Below, in pieces: positions 39,500 to 52,480 of a stretch of 64,000 bases of DNA. The notes beneath the pieces were generated by a model. The model did no database searches. It saw only the letters and a list, made by a program, of their open reading frames with translations, and was not told the DNA's origin. A program made the translations under genes and the position numbers. This DNA is from Isurus oxyrinchus. Taxonomy: Eukaryota. The DNA lies in assembly GCA_026770705.1 (NCBI GenBank), contig JANJGN010000004.1, positions 141,794,001 through 141,858,000 on the forward strand, read 5' to 3'. Within the stretch, counting starts at the first letter, position 1; the number at the start of each line of letters is the position of its first letter.

Positions 39500-40419
39500 T
39501 TGAAGATTGCACTGCGGCCCAATGCAGATGCGGTGCAGGTTTAGGACCCAGACGTTATGTGCAGGTGGTGTTCCCAACCTGGGATTGAAAATCAAGCCCA
39601 CTGTTTCAACCCCATCCCTGACACTTTGGAATGGTGAATTATAAAATAGTAAAGGAAAAGCTACAACCCTGGCACAGATTAAAGGCAGCCAGCTGGCCTG
39701 CCTTTTCAGCTTTGTTGAGGTCGAACTGTACTTGTGCATTATCTTGCATTGCATTAGTAGCCTTTACCCCCTGGGCATATGTATGGGTTGTCCTTCAAAT
39801 AGATTGCAGTTGATTTGGAGAGAGTTACATATCAACATCTGTTTTCCCATATGGATAATAGACTCATTTGGCCCTTTTTCCCCCACAGGCAATAAGGTAG
39901 ATCTGGTAGATCTGAGAGACATAGTGGTATTTCAGCATGCTTCCTATTAGGAAAGAATTGGGAAGTGAAGCATAAATGCCAAAAGTCTAAAGGTTGGTGC
40001 CAGCTTCTGTCCATTTAAAGAATGGAATATTCTTTTTCCAATTTGGAGGGCAGTGCCATTCACAGGGGTCTCTCAGAGGAGTTTGGTAATAGATTTGTGA
40101 GCAGAAAATCTTGAACCATGCTAGTTATCTGGGTTTGGCTCACATGCAGGTTGATAAAGTATAACAATTATACTGAAATGAAGTGTGATGATAATGTAAT
40201 TAATGGTAATCAAACATTCCATTTGAACTAATAACACTATGTAAACTTAAATATCTACGGCTTTACATTTTTAGATTACTTGTGATAATCTTCAAGACTG
40301 TAATATAATTGCATTTTCAGATTCATTATCAGCATCTATAAAGTTGTTTACAAATGTAGAGATAAAGACCTTGGTCCCAGTGATGGAAAGTTTCTCAGCA
40401 AAGGTTGAGATGTTGAACA

Positions 40420-42460
40420 CAAACATAAGAACATAAGAAAAGGAGCAATAATAGGCCATTTAGACCTTTAAGTCTTCTTGCCATTTAATAAAATCATGGC
40501 TGAATTTCAATCTCAATTCCACTTTTCCACTCGATCTCCATTTCCTTTGATTCCCTTACAGCCCAAATGTCCATCAATCTCTGCCTTGAATATACACAAT
40601 GACTGAGCAACCACAGCTCTTTGGGGAAGAGAATTTCAAAGATTTACAATGCCTTGAGCGAATAAATTTTTCCTCATCTCAGTTCTAAGTGGTTCCCTCT
40701 TTCTTGTAGCTAAATGCCCACAAGTTCTAGACTTTCCAGCCAGGAGAAACAGCCTGCCAGCAGCTACCCTGTCAAGCCCTCTCAGAATCTTATATGTTTC
40801 AATGAGATTACCTTTCATTCTTCTAAAATCCAGAGAGCAGGGGTCCATTTTACATGATTCCAGATCCACAGCAATGTGGTTGACTCTTAACTGCCCTCTG
40901 AAATGGCCAAGCAAGCTGCTGAGTTCAAGTGCAATTAGGGATGGGCAGCAAATGCTGGCTTTAATCCACATCCCACATGAAGGAATAAAAAAGTTGCAGT
41001 AAGACTTCTTATACTCCAACCCTGTTGCAGTAAAAGCCAAAAGACATTTATGCCTTCATAATTGTTTGCTGTGCCTGCATGTTAACTTCATTGTTCCATG
41101 TACAAGAGCACACAAATCCCTCTGAACATCGGCATGTAATAGGTTACCTCCATTTAAAATACTCTGTATTTCAACGGAGAAGTGCAGCTGAAGAAGAGTG
41201 AAGTGCAGATCAGGTGAAATGCCTTCCAAGCATTTAGCCATCACCCGTCATGCGGTGATAACACTCTCACCTGGCCATGGCTGAAGATCATAACTGACGA
41301 AAACATTCCCAGCTTGTTAGTTCACCTAAGGAAGTCTCTCCCACTGTACATTTGCCTTCTCCAGCTTGCTGGGTTTGAGATACAGCATGCAATTGCTCTG
41401 CTGTTGGGATATAGGAAATACATGAAGGAAGTCCCTCTATGGTCTCTATGTTTTAAATGCCTTCAGTTGGCTTCCCATTTCAGCTGTGGAGGGTTCTCAA
41501 TTTCATCCAACAACTTGTCCCAGGAAAGACAGAAGGAAACAAGAATTTAATGTGTTGGAAAGTGGCCTAGTAACATTTTCTGCAATTTCCCAGCACCACC
41601 CCCAAACCCACCTTCACTGGCTTGGGAAAATTCTCCCCATTGTGTCCTGTTCATAGTTTACTTTTCCACCTACCTTTGAATTGTCAGCAAATTTGGATGC
41701 ATTCCACTTGGTCCTTTCATCTAAGTCATTAATGCAGAATATAAATAACTGAGGTCCTGAAACTGATCCTTGCTGTAGGCCACTGCCAATATTCTGCTAA
41801 CTTGAAAATGACTTTTATTCCTATTCTGTTTCCTGTCCTTTAGCCAAACCTGTATCCATAGTATTATTTTATCTCCAAACACATGAGCCCTTACCTTGTG
41901 CAAAACCTTTTGTTTAGCACTTTATTGAACGCCTTTTGCATCCAAGTATACTACATCCAATGATTTACCTTTCTCTACTCTGCTATTTACATCCTCAAAA
42001 CTCTTAATAGATTTGTCAAACAGGATTTCTCTCTCACAAACCATGTTGGTCGTGCCCAATCCTATTATGATTTTCTAAGTGCCATGTTACAACTTTCTTA
42101 ATAATGGTCTCCACCATTTTCCTGATGACTGATGCTAGGTTAACTGGCCTTGTGTTCTGTCTCCCAATTTTCTAGAATAGTAGAATTACATTTGCTAACT
42201 TCTAATCCACTGGGACCATTCCAAAATCTTGGAAATTTTGGAAGAATACAAGCAGTTCATGCACTATCTCTGCAGCCACCTCTTCTAGAGCCCTGAGGTG
42301 TGAAGTATTGGGTCCAGGGACATTGTCAGCTTTTAATCCCATTAGCTGCTTTTCTCTTACTAATATTAATTACCATAAGTTCCTCACCCTGATGATATCT
42401 ATGGTTTCCCATTATTTCTGGTACATTTTTTGTGTCTTTTACCGTGAACACAGACACAAA
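40420..42460 (-). mobile_element. Old CR1 LINE, fragmented by SINE and MITE insertions
   Basis: AACATAAGAACATAAG tail at about 40422; GNLIETYKILRGLDRV and KFADNSK-like remnants. Confidence 0.75.
40850..40995 (+). mobile_element. 5'-truncated SINE related to the tRNA-headed LINE
   Basis: LINE 5' leader ...GAAATGGCCAAGCAAGCTGCTGAGTT joined directly to the LINE tail CAAGTGCAATTAGGGATGGGC. Confidence 0.7.
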
Positions 42461-42461
42461 C

Positions 42462-43390
42462 AGGGGAATTTTAATTTGTCGGGGTGAGTGGGTGTCGATG
42501 CATACAGGGATTTAAAACATCAAAAATGCCTGTGTTTCAGGAAACCGCCAGGAACCTGCCGATAACCACATTTAACTGGAGAGCATGCTGGAGCATGTGG
42601 AAAACTCCTGTGGGACAGGGGGTCTGCTTTTAACATTTACTAAAAGCCAATTGACTGCATCTCAAACAATGAATTCTAGATTTAACTGATAGTACCAGGC
42701 TTCCTAGAACTCACCTCTTAAGTAAGGCCAGAGGACAGCTGGTATTGATGGGGCTGAGCAATTGACAGGCTGGTAAGCCTTTAAATACAGAGATATGACA
42801 GCTGCTTTGCCTAGGTGAAAGGTATTCGCCTGTTCTGAGAGTGTGCTTTGGAGATGGTTTCCAAGACAAGAGGGCATTTCTGTTGCCTTGGAGTTTTTTT
42901 TGACTTTGATATGCACCTTCAGATTAGCATGGGAGCACCTTATACAGCTCCACTTTATATAACTGAAACTAAGTACGCCTCTCACTACTTAGAGATGTAA
43001 AATAAATTCTAAAATGTGTTTTCAAACTTTTGACTTGCAAGTCATATGGTTAATCTACCAGTTATACTGGGAATTTTTGCTTGACATGGCAAAAGAAAAG
43101 GTAAAACAAAAAAGGAGACAAGTAATGAATCAACCAAAAGAGAGTCACTGGTGTAACCTACAGTTTGGCACTCTTTGCCCTGCAGCGAGATGTTCAAACT
43201 CAAATCTTGATGAGGAACAAGAGCAGCAGCAGCACCAGGAGCAGAACCGGGAGCAGTCCTAGTAGCAGCAGCCTTTTCCTCCACCACCTGTCTCACCGCA
43301 GAACAGAGGCTATGGACATAAAGTTCTAACTCACAGGAGGTGATACCTCCAGTACAGGGATAGGCAGAAGATTGATTTTTGCACATGATG
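42462..43390 (+). mobile_element. Possible Harbinger fragment with a transposase N-terminus remnant
   Basis: TIR-like GGGGAATTTT; Q/E-rich stretch then RR*YLQYR...RQKIDF, resembling the N-terminus of HARBI1-type transposases; weak. Confidence 0.3.
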
Positions 43391-43790
43391 GTACCATGGT
43401 CATTTGCTTATCCAACTGCAAATTTTGCCCTCATCCACACAGGTAGCCAGTACCTTGCATCTGTTGGATAACAGCAAAGGTGGAGATTCCTCCAGCACTG
43501 GACTGGGTTCCCTTACCTGCCTGACTCACAGTCACACCTACCAGATCTGTATATCTTCCTAACCTAATGGTGTGACTGCATCTAGAGCAAATTATCCAGT
43601 TAACCTACCCCCTCCCTGATGTTCAATTACATCTGCACTTCAGATTCCATTTCAAATACTTGAGCTCAAGTCTCTCAAGATGCAGACACTTATTGCAAAT
43701 GTGATCATCCTGGATTGCATTACTCTCCACAAACTCCCACATGCTGTGCTTGTAGCACACCACCTGTTACCATCTCTATTTAGCCTTGTT
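43390..43790 (-). mobile_element. CR1 ORF1 N-terminal remnant
   Basis: Revcomp QVVCYKHSMWEFVE...HICNKCLHLERLEL...NIREG matches the zinc-finger/leucine-zipper start of vertebrate CR1 ORF1. Confidence 0.55.
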
Positions 43791-44697
43791 TTATTTATTT
43801 TAATTAATTAATATAATAATTTAATTAATTATATTTTATGTATATGATCAGCATAGCTTTTACTTTTTGTTAACCAATTACTTGATCCAATTTAAGTTGT
43901 AGGGAAACTAATTTAAATGCTTGCCTATAACACAAATACAATGTTACAGAGGTGAGTTGATGTAAAATATTAACTTTCAATTTCATCCGCTAGACTCACA
44001 TATGGAATTTTTAAAAAAAGGCAGTTTCATCTGTTAAAATAAAGACACTGACCTAAGATGGCTGCCACAGTTCATCTGACATTTGGGACTGAAAGTTGGC
44101 CAAGCTTCTGAAGTGGATTACAATGAACATATAGACTACCTACTTATGGGATGGTGTACCAGCCCTTGTCAGGACTTATCCCAAAACAACAAAGACAATA
44201 AGGCCTCAGAATTTCTGTCTCCAGGATGATCAGGTAACAAAGGGGAACTCACAAAACTGACTACACACAAGTGAAGTGCTAAAAAACACTATCTGCCTCT
44301 ATTGTATGGCAATGGTTTTGACCGTGGGAGTCAAAGTATTTTATTGCAAAACCCTGCTGGCTTTGAGGCAGTCCAGAGAAGGGACATCTGAAGGCAGCAA
44401 AAAGTTGTTTGCCTCTCTCTCTCACTCTTTCAACTGAACTGGGCCCTGCATGCATATATTATACAGTGGATAGCAGACAGAGAAATTCTAAAGATGACTT
44501 CAGATTCCAAAGCATCATTTCCTGGGAAAAAAAAAACAAGGGCTGTCACTTTAAGAACTGCTTCAGCCATGAACTCATAAACAATGAAATCTGTATATCT
44601 TTGCCTTCTAATGTTAAATCTTAATTTGGCCAAAAGTTAACCTCCTCTACTTTGTAACTTGCATTTTTGCATGTGTGTGGATGAGTGTGTACATTTT

Positions 44698-47600
44698 TAA
44701 TTCATTCACGGGATGTGGGCTTCACTGGTGGGGCCAGCATTTATTGCCCATTCCTAGTTGTCGTTGAGAAGGTGGTGGTGAGCTGCCTTCTTAAACCAGT
44801 GCAGTCCCTATGTGGTGTTGGTACAGCCACAGAGCTGTCAGGAAGGGATTGTCAAGGGCAGTCACTCTCACCTCCAGGATTTTGACTCAACGATGAGTGA
44901 AGGAAAGTGAAGGAACGGTGATATAGTTCAAAGTCAGGTTGGTGAATGACTTGGAGGGGAACAACTAGGTGGTGGTGTTCCCATCTATCTGCTGCCCTTA
45001 TTCTTCTAGATAGTAGTGGTTGTGAGTTTGGAAGGTGCTGTCTACGGAGCCTTGGTGAATTCCTGCAGTGCATCTTGCAGATGGTACACACTATTGCTAC
45101 TGTGCGTCGGTGGTTGGGGGAGTGAATGTTTGTGGATGTGGTGCCAATCAAATGGGCTGCTTTGTCTTGGACAGTGTCAAGCTTCTTGAATGCTGTGGGA
45201 GCTGCACTCATCCACAGGAGTGGCGGGGGTTTCTATCACATTCCTAACTTGTGTTTTGTAGATGGTGGTGAGGCTTTGGGAAGTCAGGAGGTGAGTTAAT
45301 TGTTGCAGGAATCCTAGCCTCTGACCTGCTCTTGTAACCACGGTATTTATATGGCTAGTCCATTTCAGTTTCTGGTCAATGATAACCCCCAGGATGTTGA
45401 TGGTGGTGGATTCAGTGATGGTAATGCCATTGAACTACAAGGGACAATGGTTGGATTCTCTGTGTTGGAGATAACTATTGCCGGACACTTGTGTGTCACG
45501 AATGTTACTTGCCACTTGTCATCCAAGCCTGGATATTGTCCAAGTCTTGTTGCATTTGGACATGGACTGCTTCAGTATCTGAGGAGTCGTGAATATGTGG
45601 AACATTGTGCAATCATCTGCGAATATCCCCACTTCTGACCTTATGATGGAAGGAAGGTCATTGATGAAGCAGCTGAAGATGGTTGGGCCGAGGACACTAC
45701 CCTGAGGAACTCCTGCAGTGATGTCCTGGAGCTGAGATGACTGATATCCAACAACCACAGGCAGCTTCCTTTGTGCTAGTTATGACTCTGATTTCCATTG
45801 ACTCCAGTTTTGCTAGGGCTTCTTGATGACACACTCTGTCAAATGCTACCTTGGTGTCAAGGGCAGTCACTCTCACCTAACCTCGGGCGTTCAGCTCTTT
45901 TGTCCATGTTTGAACCAAGGCTGTAATGAAGTCAGAAGCTGAGTGGCCCTGGCGGAACCCAAACTGGGTGCCAGTGAGCAGGTTATCACTAAGCAAGTGC
46001 TAGCACTGTTGATGACTCCTTCCATTACTCTACTGATGATCGAGAGCAGACTGATGGAGCAGTAATTGGCTGGGTTGGATTTTTCATGCTTTTTGTGTAC
46101 CAGACATACCTGGAAAACTTTCCACATGGCCAGGTAGATGCTACTATTAAAGCTGTACTCGAACAGCTTGGCTAGGGGTATGGCAATTCTGGAGCACAAG
46201 TCTTCAGTCCTATTGCCGGAATATTGTCAGGGCCCATTACCCTTTGCAGTATCCAGTGCCTTCAGCTGTTTCTTGATATCATGTGGAGTGAATTGAATTG
46301 GCTGAAGACTGGAACTTGTGATGCTGGGGACATCCAGAGGAAGCCGAGATGGATCATCCACTCGGCACTTCTGACTGAAGATTGTAACAAATGCTTCAAC
46401 CTTATCTTTTGCACTGATGTGCTGGGCTCCTCCATCATTGAGGATGGGGATATTTGTGGAGCCTCCTCCCCCTCCAGTGAGTTGTTTAATTGTCCACCAA
46501 CATTCACGACTGGATGTGGCAGGACTGCAGAGCTTAGATCTGATCCGTTGGTTGTGGGATCGCTTAGCCCTGTCTATCACTTGCTGCTTATGCTGTTTGG
46601 CATGCAAGTAGCCCTGCTTTATAGCTTCACCAGGTTGACACTTCATCTTTAGGTATGCTTGGCACTTCTCCTGGTATGCCCTTCTACACTCTCCATTAAA
46701 CCAGTGTTGATCCCTTGGCTTCATGGTAATAGTAGAGTGGGGATATGCGGGGCTACGAGGTTGCAGATTGTGTGCGAGTACAATTCTGCTGCTGCTGATG
46801 GCCCATAGTGCCTCATAGATGCCCAGTCTTGAGTTGCTAGATCTGTTTGAAACCTATCCCATTTAGCGCAATCGTAGTGCATACAACATGATGGGGGATA
46901 TACTCAATGTGAACACAGGACTTCGCCTCCACTATGACTGTGCGGTGATTATTCCTACCAACACTGTCATGGCCAGATGCATCTATGGCAGGTAGGTTGG
47001 TGAGGATGAGGTCAAGTATGTTTTTCCCCCTTGTTGGTTCTTTCACCGCCTGCCACAGACCCAGTCTAGCAGCTATGTCCTTTAGGATTCGACCAGCTCA
47101 GTCAGTAGTGATGCTACTGAGCCACTCTTGGTGATGGACATTGAAGTCCTCCACCCAGAGTATATTCTACGCCCTTGCCACATTCAGTGCTTCCTCCAAG
47201 TGGCGTTCAACATGGAGGAATACTGATTCATCATCTAAGGGAGGGTGGTATGTGATAATCAGCAGGAGGTTTCCTTGGCCATGTTTGACCTGATGCCATG
47301 AGACTTAATGGGGTCTGGAGTCAATATTGAAGACTCTCTCCTGACCGTATATCAGTTTGCCTGTCCTCCTGGTGGAAAAGGACACTTCAGGGGTGATTCA
47401 TGAATCGGGAGTGCACTCTTTCACGCATGCATGCGAAAGAGCGCAGAAATGGAAAAGGACATACCCAGGGATGGTGATGCTGGTGCCTGGGATATTATCT
47501 ATAAGGTATGATTTCGTGAGGATGACTATGTCAGACTTTTGCTTGACTAGCCTGTGAGAAAGCTCTCCCGATTTTGGCACTAGCTCCCAAATGTTAGTAA

Positions 47601-48629
47601 GGAGAACTTTGCAGGGTCCACAAGGCTGAGATTGCCATTGTTGTTTACGGTACCTCTGTTGATGCCGGGAGTTCCATCTGGTTTCATTCATTTTTTGTGA
47701 CTTTGTTGAGGTTTGTTACAACTGAGTGGCTTGCTAGGCCATTTCAGGGGGCATTTAAGAATCAACCACATTTGCTGTGGGTCTGGAGTCACATGTAAGC
47801 CAGACCAGGTAAGGACGACAGATTTCCTTCCCTGAAGGACATTAGTGAACCAGATGGCTTTTAATAACAATCGACAATTCTTCCACGGTCATCATTATTC
47901 TATTAATTCCAGAGGGAGAATTTTCGGCTTGGAGAATGGGGGTGGGGCCCACTCGCTGAGCTGTAAAATAATGCGGGGTGACGTCAGGCATGCAGTGGCG
48001 CGTCATTTAGATTTTCAGTTCGGTGGGCGAGCACCGGAGTCGGCTGTGCGCCCACCGAACTGTCAAAGGCCTGTTAAGGCCATTAATTAACTAATTAACC
48101 CTATTGAGAATGCTACCGATTCAACCATAAGGTTGGCGGGCAGGCGAAGAGCCCAGGCGGCCTTCACATTTTTCATGGACCCTCATCCGCGGGTGGGAGG
48201 GGCTTTCATGAATGTTTTTGAAATCTTGGAAACATTTTTAATAAAATTAATACACATGCCCCAGCTCATGCGACAGTTTCACATGAGGGGACATGGTCTA
48301 AAGATTTTTTTCTCCTTTATTAAACTTTAGAAACTTTAAACTAATCTCTCTGAGGCACTTCTGTGCCTCAGGGAGGTTTCTGCGCTTTTTCACATGCATG
48401 CATGAAAGACCGCACTCCCGATTCAGGGATCACCTCTCCCACCCGCACAGGGAGTGCTCAGCGCTGGGCAGGCTGGGGGCACCAATCGGGACCACTCCCG
48501 CCCTCACCCACCCTGGCACAACCAACCCCCCCCAACCCCCCTCTCCCACCGACAGGGGGAAAATTCTACCCCAGCATTTTATTGAAGTCAAATTCCACCA
48601 TCTGCCGTGGCAGGATTCGAACCAGGGTC
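44698..48629 (-). mobile_element. Near full-length copy (C) of the tRNA-headed APE-RT LINE; 5' end runs into the gap
   Basis: B-box GGTTCGAATCC at 48623-48613; leader; CKVLLTNIWELVPK...DIVILTKSYL APE start; EPTRGKNILDLILTN; GVPQGSVLGP...IFADDCT; tail at 44698-44790. Confidence 0.9.
47913..48571 (+). mobile_element. PIF/Harbinger-type MITE inserted in the LINE C leader
   Basis: AGGGAGAATTTT / AAAATTCTACCC; TSD CAG; removing it restores the leader seen at 58590-58620. Confidence 0.8.
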
Positions 48630-48981
48630 NNNNNNNNNNNNNNNNNNNNNNNNNNNNNNNNNNNNNNNNNNNNNNNNNNNNNNNNNNNNNNNNNNNNNNN
48701 NNNNNNNNNNNNNNNNNNNNNNNNNNNNNNNNNNNNNNNNNNNNNNNNNNNNNNNNNNNNNNNNNNNNNNNNNNNNNNNNNNNNNNNNNNNNNNNNNNNN
48801 NNNNNNNNNNNNNNNNNNNNNNNNNNNNNNNNNNNNNNNNNNNNNNNNNNNNNNNNNNNNNNNNNNNNNNNNNNNNNNNNNNNNNNNNNNNNNNNNNNNN
48901 NNNNNNNNNNNNNNNNNNNNNNNNNNNNNNNNNNNNNNNNNNNNNNNNNNNNNNNNNNNNNNNNNNNNNNNNNNNNNNNNN
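48630..48981. other. Assembly gap (352 N)
   Basis: Run of N. Confidence 1.
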
Positions 48982-49059
48982 TGTAAATAGGCCACGGCCC
49001 CTTTCAACTGCACTGGCTGCCGTAAAGCAGGTAAGTTTAAAGGTCCACCCACTTCAAGC

Positions 49060-49690
49060 AGTCGCGGGGGGAGGGGGTGCTGGTTGGTGGTGTGGGGCAT
49101 TCGGGGATGAGGTTCAGAGGCTTTGGATAATTAGTGTGGGGGTTTGGGCAGTGTTTGGGGGTCAAACAGTTGCGGGGTGTCTTGCAGCGGGGGGATGTTG
49201 GGCAATTGTTGGGGGTTTGGGCAATCAGTAGAGTTGGGTATACAGCGGGGTGGGTGGGGGGGGTCGGACGGTGGGAGATGGTGGGGTGTGTCCCGTTGTG
49301 GAGGTAGGGGAGTCCCATGGGGAGGGGAATTCCTTTGGTGGGGGGTCCTGTTAGCGTTGGGGCAGTCCCATGGGGCAGTGGAGGGGGCTGTGATGGGGGG
49401 ATGATCTGTGGTGGGGGAGTGATGTGGGGGACTAGGAAGACCTGTTGTGGGGAGCCCTGTAGGGGGGCAGGGATGGTTCCCCTTGGGGAGAGGGAGGGCA
49501 TCTTTTGGAGGGTTGAGGGTGTCCCATGGGGAAGGGGAGATACCCATGGCAAGGGGAAGACCCGTGGTGTGGAGGATGGAGGGGGAGTCTTGTGTGGGTT
49601 GTGGAACACCCATGGGGGGAAGAGGGTGATGTCCTGTAGTCACAGGTGGGGGAAGTCCCATGAGGGGTCGAAGTGGGCCTATACAATAGC
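49060..49690. repeat. G-rich low-complexity tract, probably internal to a TIR element ending at about 49972
   Basis: Dense GGG runs with recurring CCCATGGGG; downstream TTGCCCATTGGAAGT also occurs at about 24323; TIR-like AAATTACAGCCC. Confidence 0.5.
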
Positions 49691-49994
49691 TACCCAAAAG
49701 CTAGAAGTGGTAAATTCTTCTAACTTTTTCCGGGTAACTATTGATGTAACATTCTGGAACCATCTGAAGTTTGCGATTTAAATCACATTTTCAGAAGGTT
49801 CCTAGTGTAGGGTAATTGCCCATTGGAAGTATTCACTCTGGGCAATTGATATACAGTCCTTACCTGGGAACCTCCAGGCAGGTTGGGGAAGTGGGCAGTG
49901 GCGGGGAGGCTCCCCAGAGCATCTTTGGGGTGCTCCCAGATACACTGTCCTGGAGCTCAGAAATTACAGCCCAACATTTTTAATATCTTTATTC

Positions 49995-50088
49995 AAAACA
50001 GAAAATGCTGGAAAAGCTCAGCCGGTCTGGCAGCATCTGTGGAGTGAGAAGCAGAGTTAACATTTCGAGTCCGTATGAATCTTCTTCC
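49995..50088 (-). mobile_element. Isolated Penelope-like 3' terminus with a broken hammerhead motif
   Basis: Homologous to 27135-27225; revcomp GAAGAAGATTCATACGGACTCGAAATGTTAACTCTG lacks the CUG of the core. Confidence 0.65.
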
Positions 50089-50123
50089 CGGGTACCTTAC
50101 CACAATAAAAACTAAACCCTTAT

Positions 50124-50823
50124 GGCTGCAATATTCTGGTCAGCAGGCGGGGGCGGGCCCCATCCGCCGACACATAAAATGACACGTGGTGACGTTGAGC
50201 GTGTGTCCCGACGTCACTGCGTATTATTTCGATCTTCATTTTGGCGGGCGCGCACCGGAATTGGCTGCGCGCCTGCCGAACTGTCAAAGGCCTGTTGAGG
50301 CCATTAATAATCTAACTGAGCTAATTGTCAGGGCTGTCTGTCCAACCTTAAGGTTGGCGGGCAGGCGAAGAGCCCAGGCGGCCTTCGCATTTTTCATAGA
50401 ACCTCATCCACGGACGGGTTGAGGTTTCATGCAGGGTTTATAAATTCAATAAAATGTTTCAACAAAATTTATAAACACGTCCCAGCTCATGTGACAATGT
50501 CACATGAGAGGACATGTCTGAATAATTTTATTTATTCTTTCTCCCAATATTTGAGAATGAAATTAATCTCCCTGTCCGTGCTCAGGGAGATTTCTGCGCT
50601 CTTTCGCGCACTTGTGCAAAGGAGCGCAGGCCCAGACTCTCTCTCCTCCCCCCGCCTGCACAGATAGCGTGGAGCACTTCCGGGTGCGCATCACACTGGG
50701 CAGGCCTTAATTGGCCCACCCATGTAAAATGGCGGTCTGCAACCAATCGCCAGTGGCAATCGGCGGCACCCCCGCCCGCACCTGCTCCCGCCCAGCCTGC
50801 CCAATGGGAAAAAAATTCTCCCC
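50124..50823 (+). mobile_element. PIF/Harbinger-type MITE
   Basis: Degenerate left TIR, right TIR AAAATTCTCCCC, TSD TAT; collinear with 47913-48571. Confidence 0.78.
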
Positions 50824-51398
50824 TATGTGTTTAAACTCAAGAAAGCTTGTCTGACTGAGTTCTTTACAATCAGCATGGAAATAATTAAGTACATGTACTG
50901 AATTGGCACATTCATCCTTATAAATTTTGGAAAACTCTGTTATTATCAACCGAGGATTGGGAAAGAGGGGAGAGTCTTTGCACCTTTCCTCATCTGGTCA
51001 TAACAATAAGTATTGGAGGCAAAAATGCAACACCTCTTTTTCCTGTTGCAGCAAATTCCCATTGTCACCAAATTCCCAACAGTTAAGTTCCGTTCAAGAT
51101 GTACTCTGTTTCTGACCACTTTGGGTGAACAGGTATTATTTACTTTTATTCATATTTTTGAGCCACACCCAGGTTACAAGTGCTCACTCAACTTCCTGCT
51201 TACGGAAATGAACCCTTATTCAATCATTTGCTACCACTGCCACTGACAGCAGCTTCTGTTAATTGTAAACTAATTGCAGTTTATTTTACTGTTTTTAAAG
51301 TTCTAAGATAACTCAAAAAATTACACTAAATTTGGGACTACTTACCTACTACTTACCAGGGAGTTCCATTCTCACCAAATTCCCAACTTTTACACTCT

Positions 51399-52480
51399 GG
51401 GTGGAATCATCCCAGATTTGCATAAAATGCAGTAGTGGGTGAGAAAAAAGCTGTATTACCCGCCAGCAGCAATGGCGTGTTTCTGCACCATATCGTCCCA
51501 TTTCTGCTTCATTAATTATGCAGCCACACGCCATCTTGCTGGTGGCAGCCTCTGATTAGCCCGCCATGCAGTTCCTCACACTTCCTCATGCAGGGTGTCA
51601 TGTTTAAACTGCAGCCACGCACACACTTCTCAATGCTTGCAGCCCAGGACTGCTCTAGTGAAGACATGGCCCCAAAAGCCATGAAGAGTGCAGACCCCCC
51701 ACAACCCCTACCCAATTCAGTGACACAACCCTGGGATACCTTCTGGGCACCGTGAATGCCCGTCCCGATGTCCTCTACTCTGGCTCAGGCCACAGGGGGC
51801 ACATCAGTCTCACCACTCCGGCTTGAGAGGCGGTGGCAGAGGTGGTCAGTGCCAATGCTGCACACAAGAGATCGGCCATCCAATGCACACCCCTTCCTGT
51901 CAACAGCTCTCGCCCTCAGCCTCTTCCTTTGCCTGAGATCACTTCTCCCCCTTCCCCAAGCAAGCCCTAGCCCTGCAGCCTTTGCAAAGCTCCCATCTTA
52001 CAGCTGGTCTGGTAGGTAGAGACCTGCCCGTGAGCTCCTCTATAAGTGATGTGGTGCTGCCTGTGATGTCTGGTGCTGATGGCCATGAGTGTTGCCTGAA
52101 GCAAGGTAGGTAAATAAACCTCAAAGTCCCAAGTAAAGTGTAGCTCACCAGGTGCACATTGCTTATGTACAGTTGTGAAACATGTCAGCTTACAATCACA
52201 CTGATGTGCCCAGTTGATCCAGCGTGGAGGATGATTCTGGTGAACAGGTCTTATAATGAAATGCTAAAGTATTGAAATTAGTTTCTAGACATGTGAGAGC
52301 GCATGTTAGTAACATAAGTAATTTTAGCCCTTTAATGCATTTATGCATATCCATTTGTGAAATCCATTCATTACCTTTTAGGCCTGTCTTCTGTGACACA
52401 TATTAAATAAAGTCTTGGTGTCCTTACCACTTCATGGGCCTCCATTTTTGCTGAACTGAGTGAGTTGTGGACATTTTGCC
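51399..52480 (+). mobile_element. Non-autonomous Harbinger-type element with a Myb/SANT exon remnant
   Basis: Left end GGGTGGAATCATCCCAGATTTG; from ATG 51666 QFSDTTLGYLL...A*EAVAEVVSANAAHKRSAIQC; collinear with 58040-59599; right end uncertain. Confidence 0.62.

Noticed and set aside
48363-49231. Long ORFs of 127-277 aa
   Set aside because: Artefacts of translating through the N gap
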